64,000 nt of DNA from contig JAFGQO010000075.1 in the NCBI GenBank assembly GCA_016935615.1, forward strand, positions 7,765-71,764, written 5' to 3'. Position numbers and translations under genes: made by a program. Below, piece by piece: positions 52,407 through 63,597 of the stretch. The notes under the pieces were generated by a model. The model was not told the DNA's origin. It ran no database searches and saw nothing but the letters and a program-made list of their open reading frames with translations. Numbering within the stretch: position 1 is the first letter of the stretch; each line of letters starts with the position of its first letter. The DNA comes from Bacteroidales bacterium (GTDB lineage: Bacteria > Bacteroidota > Bacteroidia > Bacteroidales > UBA10428).

Positions 52407-52571
52407 TTGTCTAAAAAGTGAATCCCTTGCCCTCAAAAACAAACCTGTCTGCCTGCCAGGAAGAGACAGGAAGTCTTACAAAACAAGAATATATCACTAA
52501 TTAAAATATTGTGTTGCTTTGAGATTTTGAACCTTTGTGGTGTTTTCTTAATTTCCGGACTTTTTAAACAG
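52407..52571. mobile_element. Degenerate MITE-like element of the same family as 25161-25317
   Basis: Ends TTGTCTAAAAAGT / ACTTTTTAAACAG; contains nested CCTGTCT..AGACAGG palindrome. Confidence 0.5.
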
Positions 52572-52591
52572 TCGCTTTTTTGTCTGTATGC

Positions 52592-52972
52592 TTATGCGTT
52601 TAACAATTCACTATATTGAGCTGCATCGAGCAAATTTTCCATTTCAGAAATATTTTCAACTTTGAGTTTAATAATCCAGCCCTCTCCGAAAGGATCCGAA
52701 TTAATCAGATCAGGTGAGTCTTCAAGTGCAGAATTTAGTTCTTTCACAACACCGGTAACAGGCATGAAAAGATCAGAAACTGTCTTTACAGCCTCTATAG
52801 TACCAAAAACCCCACCCTGATCAACTTTTTCGCCAACCGTCTCTACCTCAATAAAGACAATGTCTCCAAGCTCTCCCTGTGCATAATCTGTAATTCCAAC
52901 AATTGCCTCTTCTCCATTTAATTTAATCCATTCATGATCTTTGGTATACTTTAAATTCTTGGGAATATTCAT
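52592..52972 (-). CDS. gcvH: Glycine cleavage system H protein
   Basis: YTKDHEW, GITDYAQ, lipoyl-Lys motif IEAVKTVSD. Confidence 0.97.
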   Translation of the reverse strand: MNIPKNLKYTKDHEWIKLNGEEAIVGITDYAQGELGDIVFIEVETVGEKVDQGGVFGTIEAVKTVSDLFMPVTGVVKELNSALEDSPDLINSDPFGEGWIIKLKVENISEMENLLDAAQYSELLNA

Positions 52973-53094
52973 GATAATTAACTTTTATTATTTGTATTTG
53001 TCCTTTCAGATTTTGTCTTTCAAATTTAGACAAACACAGTTGTAAAACAAGTATCTCTGCAAATGATTTTTCTCACATTGTGTTCATCTGAAAT

Positions 53095-56000
53095 TTATAA
53101 TGACAACCGTAAACTAAATCCGACATTAGTCTCTGCCCTGGGGTAAGTATTGGAGGTAAAAGGTGTATTTACTTCCCGGTCAAAATAAAACTGAATATTG
53201 AAATTTTCGCTGAACACATAATCGGCAGTGAAACTTATCCTGAATTGTTTCCCTCCTGTAGTGACCCTGTTGTCATTTTCTTCATCCTCATTATCTTCCA
53301 GAAAACGAATTATTGTTACATTGTCTTTTATTGAAAAGTCAAATCGAATATTCAAATCACTTTTTATTGCTCTCTGATTGATCGTGATAGGGACTTCTTT
53401 AAATCTGTAACCTGCTCCAACAGTATAGTCCTTATTCCTTGTCTCATTGACCTGGTTGTTGTTAAGACTCAATGAAATAAGCCTTGTTCTTCCCATTTCA
53501 AATTTGGTGATCAGGCTGTTATGCCAGGTCATATCCACACCGATCAGGGGACTTATCTGTTCATTTATTGAAACAGAACTGAATTGATATTCCGGTATGA
53601 AATTCATCTGGTTGTCCCTTACCAAACCCCTGAATCCATCCTCTTCTACAGAAGTTAAATAACCTTCTCCAAAATTATCATAATAACTCACATTTGTTCC
53701 GAATGAACCAATTGTATAGGTCGATTTATAAGAATGGGATAAGGTAATATTCTGCAGGAATTTCTGAATGAATTTAATATTCGAAAGCCCGTCAAAAGTA
53801 ATTCTCCAGTTGGGCATCATCATCCAGTAGAAATTAGTAAATGTAATTTTATTGGGATCGATTCCGGTATAAGCTGAAAGAAATGCAGGCACCACTACAT
53901 CCTGCGAAGTCGGACCATATCCATAATAATACCCATTATAATAAGGATGTTTAACCGATGATGAATAGTATGGATTCGAACCAACCAAATCATTGTACCG
54001 GCGGGCAGAAATAATTTTTCTATACTCACGAAGATCATTGAAGGCAGGTGATTCCCAATTGTTACCCCCGGTTGGTTTTTCAAAAGCACTATGAATTGTT
54101 ATTGTGGAAATGGAAAAGTTACCTCCTTTGTATCTGTTGTCAACAAAGTATCCGTTATAGTTGGCCAGTTCCATATCTTCCGTATCATGAAAATAAATTT
54201 GTTCATTATACTCCGAGTAATTCCGCATTGCTGTCAGGTCAATTCTGAATCCTTTGAACGGTTCAAAAGTTGTTCTTAAACTGAATTGTTCATTGCGCGT
54301 AAATTCAGCTGGTTTGCTGAACAGAGTATCGCTTGTAACCCATCCGTTATCAATAAAATCATATATAATGTCATCGTTTTGTTGTCCAAATGCAAAAGGA
54401 AATCCGGGGGCACCATAAAAATCATGTGTGCTAATCCCAAAATAATCTGTTTCGGGCAAATATCCCGGCAACATTGTTCCTACTGTCCTCGACCAGGCCA
54501 CATTCAGATTTTTAAAACCTGTCAGCAACCTTACGGAATTGTCAACAATGAATACCAATGGACGTTCTCCTTTAGGAATTTTACCGGTTATATATACTGT
54601 TACTCCTGTAATGTCTTCAGTTGCTGTAATGGTTATCTTATTTTCATTGACTATACTTGTTTTCACTTCAACTTCCTGTCCGTTCTCATCCAATACTCTA
54701 ACTTCAATATCATCTGTCTTAAGTTTATGAAAAATATTTTTTGGCTGGTCTTTCTTAAAGAAAGTTCGTTTTTGATATTCTACAGATTTATATCGTGTGT
54801 CTTCCTCAGACTTTTTCCCCCTTCCTGCGTATTTGGCATCCAGATTCTTCAGATAACCAATCTTATTATACAAAGTCCTTAAAGTTAAATTGGAATTGAG
54901 TTTTACCGTATTTGAGTTTTTCAGGGTATGTCCAAGCTTTTTCCCCGGAATCTTCTCTCCTCGAACCCAGTTGTAAGTACTTCCATACGACGCATTCAGG
55001 CTCACCCAATTGAATATTGGTATTTTATTTATCGGCACCGTATAACTGACATTGAATTTCTGCGAAAAAGTCATGTTTCTGCCACCTTCTCTTATGCTGC
55101 TCCATACAGAGTCCTTCCATTCTTCATTATTGGCTTTAAATAAATCTGTCTGCCCGGGAGTTTCATCAATTCTGGCGCTATTCGTCGCCGAATAATCCAC
55201 TTTTAAACCTCGTGTAAGGTCCCATTTTAAATCATAATTTCTGTCCCAGTTGAAATCTTTATTAACTGTAGGTTCAATCAGCAATTCCACTTCATCGCTG
55301 ATATCCCTCATTTTGATCTCCTGGTAATTCCTGTCAAATATGGTACCGAAGGTAAATCTTGAGGGGTACGGATTAAAATTGAAATCCCGAAGAATACGGA
55401 ATGCAGGTTTACGCAATGTTTTTGATTGCCGGAATGGTTGAATATTTTTAGGCCTTGTATTGAATACATAATTCAGGCTTGCCATATATTTCCAAAGATT
55501 ATTATATTCCGTTGTATAACTCCTGGCTTTGGTATCGGTATAACCAGCACTTGCACTCAGATTAGCAGGTGAAAAAATATTCCATTTCTTAAATTTTTTA
55601 TTCCACCTCATGTTGGTTATGTTAATACTCTTACGGGAAGTATGATCCTGCGATATTTTTTTCAGGCTGTCTCTCTCTGCTTTTGATTCTGCTCCATCCA
55701 AGACATCCTTAAATTTAATATCAGGGTCTTTGGGAAAATATTCAGGAGTAATAATCGTTCTTGAACCTGCAATATAAAATGGTATGGATACCTGGGCTTT
55801 TTCAGGAAAGAACTTGCCAAGTTCAAGATTCGATGAAATATCATACTGATTCACATCTTCCATAGAACGTTCATTAACTTTTTGTTCTATACTTCCAAAA
55901 CCAGCCCTGCTGGTACTGCCTGCTATATTCAGCACACCGAAATCTGCAAGCTGAGCCTGTATCCTTCCGTTTGCTGCCCATCCTCCCCTGTCATTAAAAT

Positions 56001-59000
56001 CTGTAAGTCTCAATTCATTGAACCACACTTCTGCCGATTTACTCAATCCATCGTTCAGTTTATAATAGCTGGAAGCATCACCCGGGTTCCTGATACCTAT
56101 CATAATTTGTCTTATGTTACTCAAATTCGGATTCCCTTTAACCTTGATTGTGTTTCTTGTGTTGTGTTGCTTTGTATACACACTCTGAGAAGAGTAATTA
56201 AGAGGATCTATTTTTACCATTTCATTTCTTTCTTTTTTGAGATCAACAAATTCCTCCAAAAAGAGATCCAAAATGTTCTCATCCGGCCAGACTGCTCTGC
56301 TGCCGTTATTATATTCAGTGCCAGGTGCAGTAACAGCCAGTGGAATTTCGTATTCATAATAATTGTTCTGGTAATCGGAACCCATTCGTATAAATGCAGA
56401 TACCTCAAAACTGTCCAATTCAGCTTCCAGTCCGGGAAGAGCTTCGGCATGAACAAACATTTTCATTTTTTTATACTGCCTGAGGTCGAGCTGAACAGTC
56501 TTAAATACAGACCTGGCATCTGCATCGGGAAGATCTTTCACCTTAAGAAGAATAGACTGTTCATTCAATTCCGCAACCTGGGGATTGGAAGGATCAATTA
56601 CCCTGTCAATGCCTGGTGGTAATACATAGTTTACAGGCTGCTTGGAAGCATTTTCCTCTATATTCACAGCAGAAACCTCAAAATCACTTCCTCCGTATTG
56701 CTGTGTTGCAACAGGGGCCGTTTCACTAATGTCAAGATTGTATCTTCTCCACTCACCACGCACAAGATCAAGAGAAGCAAAACGTAAGACTACTTCCTCT
56801 TCGAAACCTGAAAGTATCATTCTCATAAAACGAATGGATTTAAAGTCCTCTATTCCGCCCATTTTCCCTTCCCATTCAGCCAGTGGAATTCTGAACTGAT
56901 ACCATTTTACAGGCTCTGAATATCCCGGGACACTTCTTTCTACACGGTCAACAATAAAATTTTCTCCGACTTCATTCAGGTCATCCGGATTCAGGTAAAC
57001 ATGGTATTGAAAATATGTTTCCACAGTATTCAGTGTATTATCGCCATTGATGTCTTCAATATCAGGAGTATTCTTATTCGCCGATGAAAAATCTTCTCCC
57101 GATTCCTCGGTACTGGGAGAATTGTTTTCCATATTATTAAAATTCTTATAACGTTGAAAAATACCATGATCCTCAGAATCATGATTATCACTGAGATAAT
57201 ATTCATAATCATCGGCAGAGGGGTCATTTGTAAAAGCAGATCTATAGCTCTCATCAACAGGAATTGCACTCAGATAATCACTATGCCAGCCGGCTTCAAC
57301 AACAGAAGAAATTCCATCCAGACCCACATCCTGGTACTGCCTTGCTTCCGGAACAAAGGTGCTTGCATATGCTCCTCTCTCCGGAACAATACCCCATACT
57401 GTTGTATCTATCAGTGTTGTATTATCATCCGGACCTTTAGGTAATCCTCCTTCGAATGATTTTTGGTTATCCCTGAGAATATCTTCGGATATTTCACCCA
57501 GATGTATGTACAGATCGCCTCCTGCATGATCAGTATTCTCAATAAACGGATCCATCATCCAGAATTCAATGAACTCAATATTGGCTGTTTCAAAATCACT
57601 CCAGCTGATATCCCTCATCATTCCTCCCCAACGGTTTTGAGGATTGGTAAGGCTTCCGTCTGACTGAAGATTTGGATCGAAATTATAGGGCCCCCGTTCC
57701 CGTGGAAAATACGAGAGGTCAAGAACGGACAGATAGTTCTGGCCCGGAATTTCGTTATCTTTTTCAGGAAATATTTCTTTTTCTTCTATTCTGCGTGCAT
57801 AGTGACTTCTCAGATCCTCATCAACCTGCGGATTACCAGGCTTCAATCCGCTTCCACCATAGAAAAGAGGATCCACCACATACCAGGCAAGTTTAGCACG
57901 TCCATATCCTGAGCGGAGACTATCCTCATCTCCGTAAAAGAATAAATTGTCCTTCGGAGGGCTGGCGAGTGTCCAGTTATTGAATGACTTCATTTCAATT
58001 TTAGTTTGTGCTGCCTCAAAATCATCAATATATGCCACGCCGCTTTTCCCGATTGTTTTTGCCTGACCCGGAATAAGATGTGCAAATTCAGCATCGATTG
58101 ATATGCTTGATGGTTCTTTTGTTTCAATCAGTGGTATTTTATCAATCAAAGTGGTAAGCAGTTGACTTTCGGTCCGATAAGAAGTATTCAGCCCCCAGAT
58201 GGTATTCGAAATCGGCTCATCTCCCATATTCACTTTTTCGGTGAGTGGCCTTTCTGTCAGATTCATAACTGTGGCTCCAATGTTAAAATTCTCTGAAAAC
58301 CTGTAATCAAGATGAGTCCCGAGCAGAGTTTTTGTCTGAATATTAAACAAAGTATTGCTCTCAAGAGAAATCCGAATCGGAGTGCCAGATTCAAGCAATC
58401 CGGAATTAATAATTTTCACCCTCCCCAGCGTGTAATCCACAGTGTAATCGGCTCCTTCCGTAAGCTGGGTTCCTCCTGCTGTGACAATTACCGAGCCTTT
58501 GGGAATATTCATTGCATTCAATTGTATGTCTGAACTGGAGGCTGACTGGTATTGCCCTTTCAGCATAAATTTGTTCTTTTCGGCAATTTGTTCTGCTTTT
58601 GTTTTTGTTGAGTCATACAATTCCTGAAAAACATATTTATTCGCTGTTCTGTTTTTCAGGATATCAGTCTCCGAATCATCTGTTATTTTTTTTCTCAGAT
58701 CTGAGCCAAAGGGTTCAAGCAGTGGAAAATATATTCTCCCGTTTCTTGAGTTAATGGTAAGCCCATCAATATAATCAAATTGTCCGTCAGGATTTGGTTC
58801 ATTCCTTGAATCAAGATTATCCAACTCCAGCACTTTTAATAAGGGAGTTTCCTGAACGTTAGATGATATGGCAGTCGTATCATCTTCAGAAAGATAATTT
58901 ACAGGCATCCCAGTTTTGTCATTGCGATACAAAATGTTCAGAATAAATCCTTCACGATTTACCTGGTAGGCCCCAATGGCATAAACATTTTTCATCATAA

Positions 59001-60564
59001 GATCCCAGGTGGGGTATTTGGGCGAAGGAGTAGTACCTTTTAACATCTTTACAATGACAACATCGCTTCCATCAATATCCGTAGCCAGTTCCCCAACTTT
59101 GTATACTTTACCCCTGTATGTATAGGTATAGGCTACTGCTAAAATTTCATCATTGCGCAGAGGGGAATTCAAAGATATATAACCAAGTTCCTTATTGACG
59201 GAGTACTCTCTTTCTGAAAGCGGACGCGCACTTTCCATTTTAATATAATCTCTTCCTGCCTCAAATTCATTCCCTGAAAAAGCATGAATTGCATTCTCAA
59301 CCGTACTTATTTTTCTTATTTCCGATTCATACCTCAACAGTTCCCTATACAGATTATTGTTGTCATTACTTACCGGTTGGTTTCTTCCTCTTCCCGCACT
59401 AATCAAAGATTCAGAAGCATAATAATTAGGTTCTCCGTCCTCATTCAATCCTTCCCCAAGATCCATAAATGCAACAATATTTTTTACTTCTTCGAAATCA
59501 CTTTGTCTGTTGACTATCCATACTTCAATTTGCTGAATCTGTACCTGCGATTCGATATATGGCATATTTACAAGCCATTTGTTGTAATTATCACGGAAAA
59601 AGTGTGAGAGGAAAAAGTGGCGGTTCAAATCATAATCATCGGCATCAACCTCAAATTCAGTCAATTGTGCTCCTCCCTGAACATTAATTGATGATGACTC
59701 TCCCCGCTGATGGCTTATCACACTTGTGACCGTCAGACGTCCGAACTGAAGTTCAGTTTTTAAACCAAATAAACTCTGGCTTCCCGTAATAAGCGTTCCG
59801 GGAAGCGAAAATGAGACATCCCCTGCTTCAATTTTCTTAATGATCTCATCTTCCTTACCGGAATATTCAAGTTTTGTCTTATTTTCAAAATCAAATGTAG
59901 CTTCAGTATTATAACTCAGTCCCACTTCCATTTTGTCACCGATTGTACCGGTCACATTCATCATTATTTTCTCTTTGAATATGAATGATCCGTTTCTCCT
60001 GTTCCTTACCGGCAGCAGGGGATTATCATATTTGGAAATGTTATATCCAAAAATTAATTCTGCACTTCCCTGGGGGGTAATGCTTATAACATCCGTCCCG
60101 AAAACCTTTTCAACAGCCTGATTATTTAGCCGGAGATTCTTCATAAAGGAAGGTCCTGCTCCTGATTCTTCTCTCGATTTCTCCTGCCAGTATTCCATTT
60201 CCGTTTTTCTGGCCTCATACAATCTGTATTCATCCAATGACATTGAAGTTGGAGGGCGATAATTTAATTTTCCGACTTTTTCAGAAAAAACATATCGCCT
60301 GGATACCGGATCATATACTATAGTCTGCTCAATATTGGATGGTGGTTTGAGCAACATAGGAGATACTATTCCGGAAGTAGAAAAGGGATAATTGTTTTCC
60401 TGAATCGGATACCTGAGTTGATATCTACTGGTTGTGTCTGACAGATTTTGAGCAGAAGTATCTTCCGTGAAAAAAAGGATAGCTATAAATGCCAGAACAA
60501 AAGACAATACAAGTCCGCCTTTTCTGTATATCGTATTTTGAGTTCCTCCTTGTCTAATGTACAC
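53095..60564 (-). CDS. sprA: T9SS outer-membrane translocon SprA/Sov
   Basis: 2489 aa; YNTEATFDFEN, IEFWMMDPF, DFKSIRFMR, WFNELR; ruvA-sprA-gcvH synteny. Confidence 0.96.
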   Translation of the reverse strand: MYIRQGGTQNTIYRKGGLVLSFVLAFIAILFFTEDTSAQNLSDTTSRYQLRYPIQENNYPFSTSGIVSPMLLKPPSNIEQTIVYDPVSRRYVFSEKVGKLNYRPPTSMSLDEYRLYEARKTEMEYWQEKSREESGAGPSFMKNLRLNNQAVEKVFGTDVISITPQGSAELIFGYNISKYDNPLLPVRNRRNGSFIFKEKIMMNVTGTIGDKMEVGLSYNTEATFDFENKTKLEYSGKEDEIIKKIEAGDVSFSLPGTLITGSQSLFGLKTELQFGRLTVTSVISHQRGESSSINVQGGAQLTEFEVDADDYDLNRHFFLSHFFRDNYNKWLVNMPYIESQVQIQQIEVWIVNRQSDFEEVKNIVAFMDLGEGLNEDGEPNYYASESLISAGRGRNQPVSNDNNNLYRELLRYESEIRKISTVENAIHAFSGNEFEAGRDYIKMESARPLSEREYSVNKELGYISLNSPLRNDEILAVAYTYTYRGKVYKVGELATDIDGSDVVIVKMLKGTTPSPKYPTWDLMMKNVYAIGAYQVNREGFILNILYRNDKTGMPVNYLSEDDTTAISSNVQETPLLKVLELDNLDSRNEPNPDGQFDYIDGLTINSRNGRIYFPLLEPFGSDLRKKITDDSETDILKNRTANKYVFQELYDSTKTKAEQIAEKNKFMLKGQYQSASSSDIQLNAMNIPKGSVIVTAGGTQLTEGADYTVDYTLGRVKIINSGLLESGTPIRISLESNTLFNIQTKTLLGTHLDYRFSENFNIGATVMNLTERPLTEKVNMGDEPISNTIWGLNTSYRTESQLLTTLIDKIPLIETKEPSSISIDAEFAHLIPGQAKTIGKSGVAYIDDFEAAQTKIEMKSFNNWTLASPPKDNLFFYGDEDSLRSGYGRAKLAWYVVDPLFYGGSGLKPGNPQVDEDLRSHYARRIEEKEIFPEKDNEIPGQNYLSVLDLSYFPRERGPYNFDPNLQSDGSLTNPQNRWGGMMRDISWSDFETANIEFIEFWMMDPFIENTDHAGGDLYIHLGEISEDILRDNQKSFEGGLPKGPDDNTTLIDTTVWGIVPERGAYASTFVPEARQYQDVGLDGISSVVEAGWHSDYLSAIPVDESYRSAFTNDPSADDYEYYLSDNHDSEDHGIFQRYKNFNNMENNSPSTEESGEDFSSANKNTPDIEDINGDNTLNTVETYFQYHVYLNPDDLNEVGENFIVDRVERSVPGYSEPVKWYQFRIPLAEWEGKMGGIEDFKSIRFMRMILSGFEEEVVLRFASLDLVRGEWRRYNLDISETAPVATQQYGGSDFEVSAVNIEENASKQPVNYVLPPGIDRVIDPSNPQVAELNEQSILLKVKDLPDADARSVFKTVQLDLRQYKKMKMFVHAEALPGLEAELDSFEVSAFIRMGSDYQNNYYEYEIPLAVTAPGTEYNNGSRAVWPDENILDLFLEEFVDLKKERNEMVKIDPLNYSSQSVYTKQHNTRNTIKVKGNPNLSNIRQIMIGIRNPGDASSYYKLNDGLSKSAEVWFNELRLTDFNDRGGWAANGRIQAQLADFGVLNIAGSTSRAGFGSIEQKVNERSMEDVNQYDISSNLELGKFFPEKAQVSIPFYIAGSRTIITPEYFPKDPDIKFKDVLDGAESKAERDSLKKISQDHTSRKSINITNMRWNKKFKKWNIFSPANLSASAGYTDTKARSYTTEYNNLWKYMASLNYVFNTRPKNIQPFRQSKTLRKPAFRILRDFNFNPYPSRFTFGTIFDRNYQEIKMRDISDEVELLIEPTVNKDFNWDRNYDLKWDLTRGLKVDYSATNSARIDETPGQTDLFKANNEEWKDSVWSSIREGGRNMTFSQKFNVSYTVPINKIPIFNWVSLNASYGSTYNWVRGEKIPGKKLGHTLKNSNTVKLNSNLTLRTLYNKIGYLKNLDAKYAGRGKKSEEDTRYKSVEYQKRTFFKKDQPKNIFHKLKTDDIEVRVLDENGQEVEVKTSIVNENKITITATEDITGVTVYITGKIPKGERPLVFIVDNSVRLLTGFKNLNVAWSRTVGTMLPGYLPETDYFGISTHDFYGAPGFPFAFGQQNDDIIYDFIDNGWVTSDTLFSKPAEFTRNEQFSLRTTFEPFKGFRIDLTAMRNYSEYNEQIYFHDTEDMELANYNGYFVDNRYKGGNFSISTITIHSAFEKPTGGNNWESPAFNDLREYRKIISARRYNDLVGSNPYYSSSVKHPYYNGYYYGYGPTSQDVVVPAFLSAYTGIDPNKITFTNFYWMMMPNWRITFDGLSNIKFIQKFLQNITLSHSYKSTYTIGSFGTNVSYYDNFGEGYLTSVEEDGFRGLVRDNQMNFIPEYQFSSVSINEQISPLIGVDMTWHNSLITKFEMGRTRLISLSLNNNQVNETRNKDYTVGAGYRFKEVPITINQRAIKSDLNIRFDFSIKDNVTIIRFLEDNEDEENDNRVTTGGKQFRISFTADYVFSENFNIQFYFDREVNTPFTSNTYPRAETNVGFSLRLSL

Positions 60565-60581
60565 CTGGAAACATATTAATC

Positions 60582-61163
60582 CTACAATAGCTTCAGAGCC
60601 TGCTTTATTACTTCCTCAACTGGCAGAGAGCTTTCATCTGCCAATAATTTATCAACTACTTTTTCTCCGTTCTTCCTTGAAAAGCCAAGTATCTCCAGTG
60701 CAGATAACGCTTCTTTCTTTATAGTATTGTCTGGTTGTTTGAATAATTGAGAAATATCTGATGATTTATCAATCTTATCTTTAAGATCGACAATAATTCT
60801 TTGAGCCGATTTGGCCCCTATACCTTTTATACTTTTTAAAGATTCAACATTCCCGGTTGCAATAGCACTTCTCACTTCATCCGTACTCATAGAAGACAGA
60901 ATCATTCTGGCAGTGTTAGCACCGACACCTGATACTGAAATTAAAAGTCTGAAAACCTCCCGTTCATCTCTGGTAACAAATCCAAACAGATGATGGGCAT
61001 CTTCCCTGATCACTTCATGTACAAAGATCTGACAGGCAGTCTGATTCTGTAGTTTTGTGAAGCTCTGAATAGAAATATTCAAATCATAACCCAGTCCGTT
61101 TGTTTCCAATACCAGCGTGGTTGGAGTTAATTCAATAACAAGCCCTCGTATAAAATCAAGCAT
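60582..61163 (-). CDS. ruvA: Holliday junction branch migration protein
   Basis: IREDAHHLFGF, SVSGVG, IKGIGAKSAQRIIVDLKDK. Confidence 0.96.
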   Translation of the reverse strand: MLDFIRGLVIELTPTTLVLETNGLGYDLNISIQSFTKLQNQTACQIFVHEVIREDAHHLFGFVTRDEREVFRLLISVSGVGANTARMILSSMSTDEVRSAIATGNVESLKSIKGIGAKSAQRIIVDLKDKIDKSSDISQLFKQPDNTIKKEALSALEILGFSRKNGEKVVDKLLADESSLPVEEVIKQALKLL

Positions 61164-61198
61164 ACTTACAATTCAATATAGTGTTCATCATACTTTCG

Positions 61199-62251
61199 TT
61201 ATAATTCAGATACATCATATGATTTCAATGGATTGGAGGCAAGTTCTTTGTAGCTATTTCTCATCTTAAAGATATCACAGGCAAGATAAACAGCTTTCCT
61301 GAATGAATCAGGACACGCTTCTCCTTTACCGGAAATTTCAAATGCAGTACCATGTGCAGGGGAAGTTCTTATAACGGACAATCCTGCAGTAAAATTAACT
61401 CCCTCTCCAAAAGAGAGAGATTTGAAAGGGATAAGACCCTGATCGTGATACATTGCAAGAATGCCATCAAATTTTGTGTGCGAACGGGAACCAAAAAAAC
61501 CATCAGCTGAAAAAGGTCCGAAAGCCAGAATATTCTCTTCGCGGGCAGCATCAATGGCAGGAACAATTTCCTTTCCTTCATCATCACCTATAAGTCCGCT
61601 ATCACCCGCATGCGGATTCAGACCCAATACTGCAATTCGGGGTTTCCGGATACCAAAATCAATTTTAAGAGAATGGTTCATGATCTTTAATTTATTCATT
61701 ACTGTATCTTTCGTAATATACTCCGGAACCTTTACCAAAGGAATATGTCCCGTCACAACCCCAACTTTAAAAGAGTCATTTATCATGAGCATTAACACCC
61801 CACTTGATCCAAAACGATCTTCCAGAAATTCTGTATGTCCTGCAAACGAAAATTTATCTGATTGAATATTCTTTTTATTAATAGGCCCTGTCACCAGCAC
61901 ATCGATCTTCTTTTCAGAAAGATCCTGAACTGCAACCTCAAGTGCCTGAAAAGAGGCTAAACCCGCAACTGTTGTCGATTTTCCCAGCTCAACACGAATA
62001 TCTTCATCTATACAACTGATTATATTCGCTCGTTTTGGATTCAATTCATTCGTTGATTTTATTAAATTGAAACTAAAATTATCAATATTAAGTGCTTTTC
62101 GATGGTAAGCAGCCACTTTAGGAGAACCATAAACAACCGGGATGCAGGAATCAAAAATCCTGCTGTCCATCAAAGCTTTAATAATTACCTCATAACTTAT
62201 GCTGTTAATATCTCCATGTGTTATGCCAACAACAACTTTATTGTGTTTCAT
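61199..62251 (-). CDS. pdxA: 4-hydroxythreonine-4-phosphate dehydrogenase
   Basis: GHTEFL, GLNPHAGD, AMYHDQGL, RTSPAHGTAF. Confidence 0.95.
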   Translation of the reverse strand: MKHNKVVVGITHGDINSISYEVIIKALMDSRIFDSCIPVVYGSPKVAAYHRKALNIDNFSFNLIKSTNELNPKRANIISCIDEDIRVELGKSTTVAGLASFQALEVAVQDLSEKKIDVLVTGPINKKNIQSDKFSFAGHTEFLEDRFGSSGVLMLMINDSFKVGVVTGHIPLVKVPEYITKDTVMNKLKIMNHSLKIDFGIRKPRIAVLGLNPHAGDSGLIGDDEGKEIVPAIDAAREENILAFGPFSADGFFGSRSHTKFDGILAMYHDQGLIPFKSLSFGEGVNFTAGLSVIRTSPAHGTAFEISGKGEACPDSFRKAVYLACDIFKMRNSYKELASNPLKSYDVSEL

Positions 62252-62509
62252 TTTAATCTGATTTTGCTTTTTTTAGGCCCGGTCTCATTACGAATTAATG
62301 ATCCTTGCCGACGATTCCCAAATCAATAAAAGTTGGCTAAAAATAGTAATTCTAAATGAGAAATTTAATGAATAAACAGAGTGCCTGCAGAAAGTTTTAT
62401 TTTCTTAAAGAGTATTGCTATCCGTTTCGCTCATAAGAATCCTTTAAAGTTTGTACCTGGAAATGATATGCTCAACAGCATGTCTTTTATACCAAATTAA
62501 AAACCCATT

Positions 62510-63499
62510 TTATTCAACAATCTCTATCGACAGTACAATTGCTTCAAGCTGTCTGAGCAAATCTCTTTTTTCATGGGCAGGAGCAAATACAAAGCCTTCT
62601 ATAGTAACCACTCTGTTCCTTGTTTCATCAAGTTGAGAAATACTGACAAAAGGGCCACCCATTGCAAGTCCGTCCACCATTTTCCACAATCCTCTGATTT
62701 CTGCTGTGTATTTGTTTTTTAATCTGTATTCACTAAATATCGGGGGATACAAAGCTTCAGTGGTCATATAGGAGCCTTCAATCTCTCCTGATACATACTT
62801 CTTTAAAATCTTATTCCGCTTGTCAACCAGGTAGTCGCTTGTGAATGTATTTTCATCTGTATATTTGTATGAATACACAAAAATTCCCTGAATAATATCC
62901 CTGTATTCATGTGATATCCATATAAAATCAGATTTTTCGACATCCATCTTATACCCTCTTGGAACATTCAATCCGATAAAATATTTTTCTTCCAGCTTTT
63001 CCCGGATCTTCTCATCTCTGGTAGCTTTGTATGTCTGCATCAAACGCTTCCTTTCCGTGTCGGATAACAGTGCCAGAATTTTATTGCTGTTGTTATTTAC
63101 CAGATCAACGAAAGCTGAATCAGAAGAAGCCAGAACACTTATTATTAGTTGTGATTTTGCCCAGGTGTTTTTATGGACAAGTATTTTTGATTCGGGCTGA
63201 TCGGCACCTATTTTTGCAATTATGATATTCCTCTGTGTTTTATATGTTTTCCCAAATCCAGCATGGTTTATCTGCAATATATCATAACTGGGTTCATCCT
63301 GTGGCAGCCCGTCAAAAGGTGTATAGAGTGTGTTTTTTATTGCATTCCCGGGTGCCCCTTCCCACAGTTTTGTATTCATCACCAGCAATATATCTCCCGG
63401 TGAACCGGAGGAGGCTGGTTGCAAAGAATATCTTTCAGAATCAAGACAGGAAGCAAGAGACAATAAGACTAGCAGGTTTAAATAATATTTTGACACCAT
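62510..63499 (-). CDS. DUF4837 family lipoprotein
   Basis: Lipobox LASC; GLPQDEP; RGLWKM...MGGPF; EGFVFAP. Confidence 0.85.
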   Translation of the reverse strand: MVSKYYLNLLVLLSLASCLDSERYSLQPASSGSPGDILLVMNTKLWEGAPGNAIKNTLYTPFDGLPQDEPSYDILQINHAGFGKTYKTQRNIIIAKIGADQPESKILVHKNTWAKSQLIISVLASSDSAFVDLVNNNSNKILALLSDTERKRLMQTYKATRDEKIREKLEEKYFIGLNVPRGYKMDVEKSDFIWISHEYRDIIQGIFVYSYKYTDENTFTSDYLVDKRNKILKKYVSGEIEGSYMTTEALYPPIFSEYRLKNKYTAEIRGLWKMVDGLAMGGPFVSISQLDETRNRVVTIEGFVFAPAHEKRDLLRQLEAIVLSIEIVE

Positions 63500-63597
63500 A
63501 ATGCATATGTATTTAAAATTCGAAGTATCTAAATTATTACAAAAAACCTGCCGATTGGCATTTTTTCTTTAGTCTCTTTGATCCTGATTTTTCCGGA

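Noticed and set aside
54286-56622. Long plus-strand ORFs (198 and 246 aa) inside sprA
   Set aside because: Antisense shadows of a long coding gene with no protein-like features; the same applies to most short nested ORFs in the track
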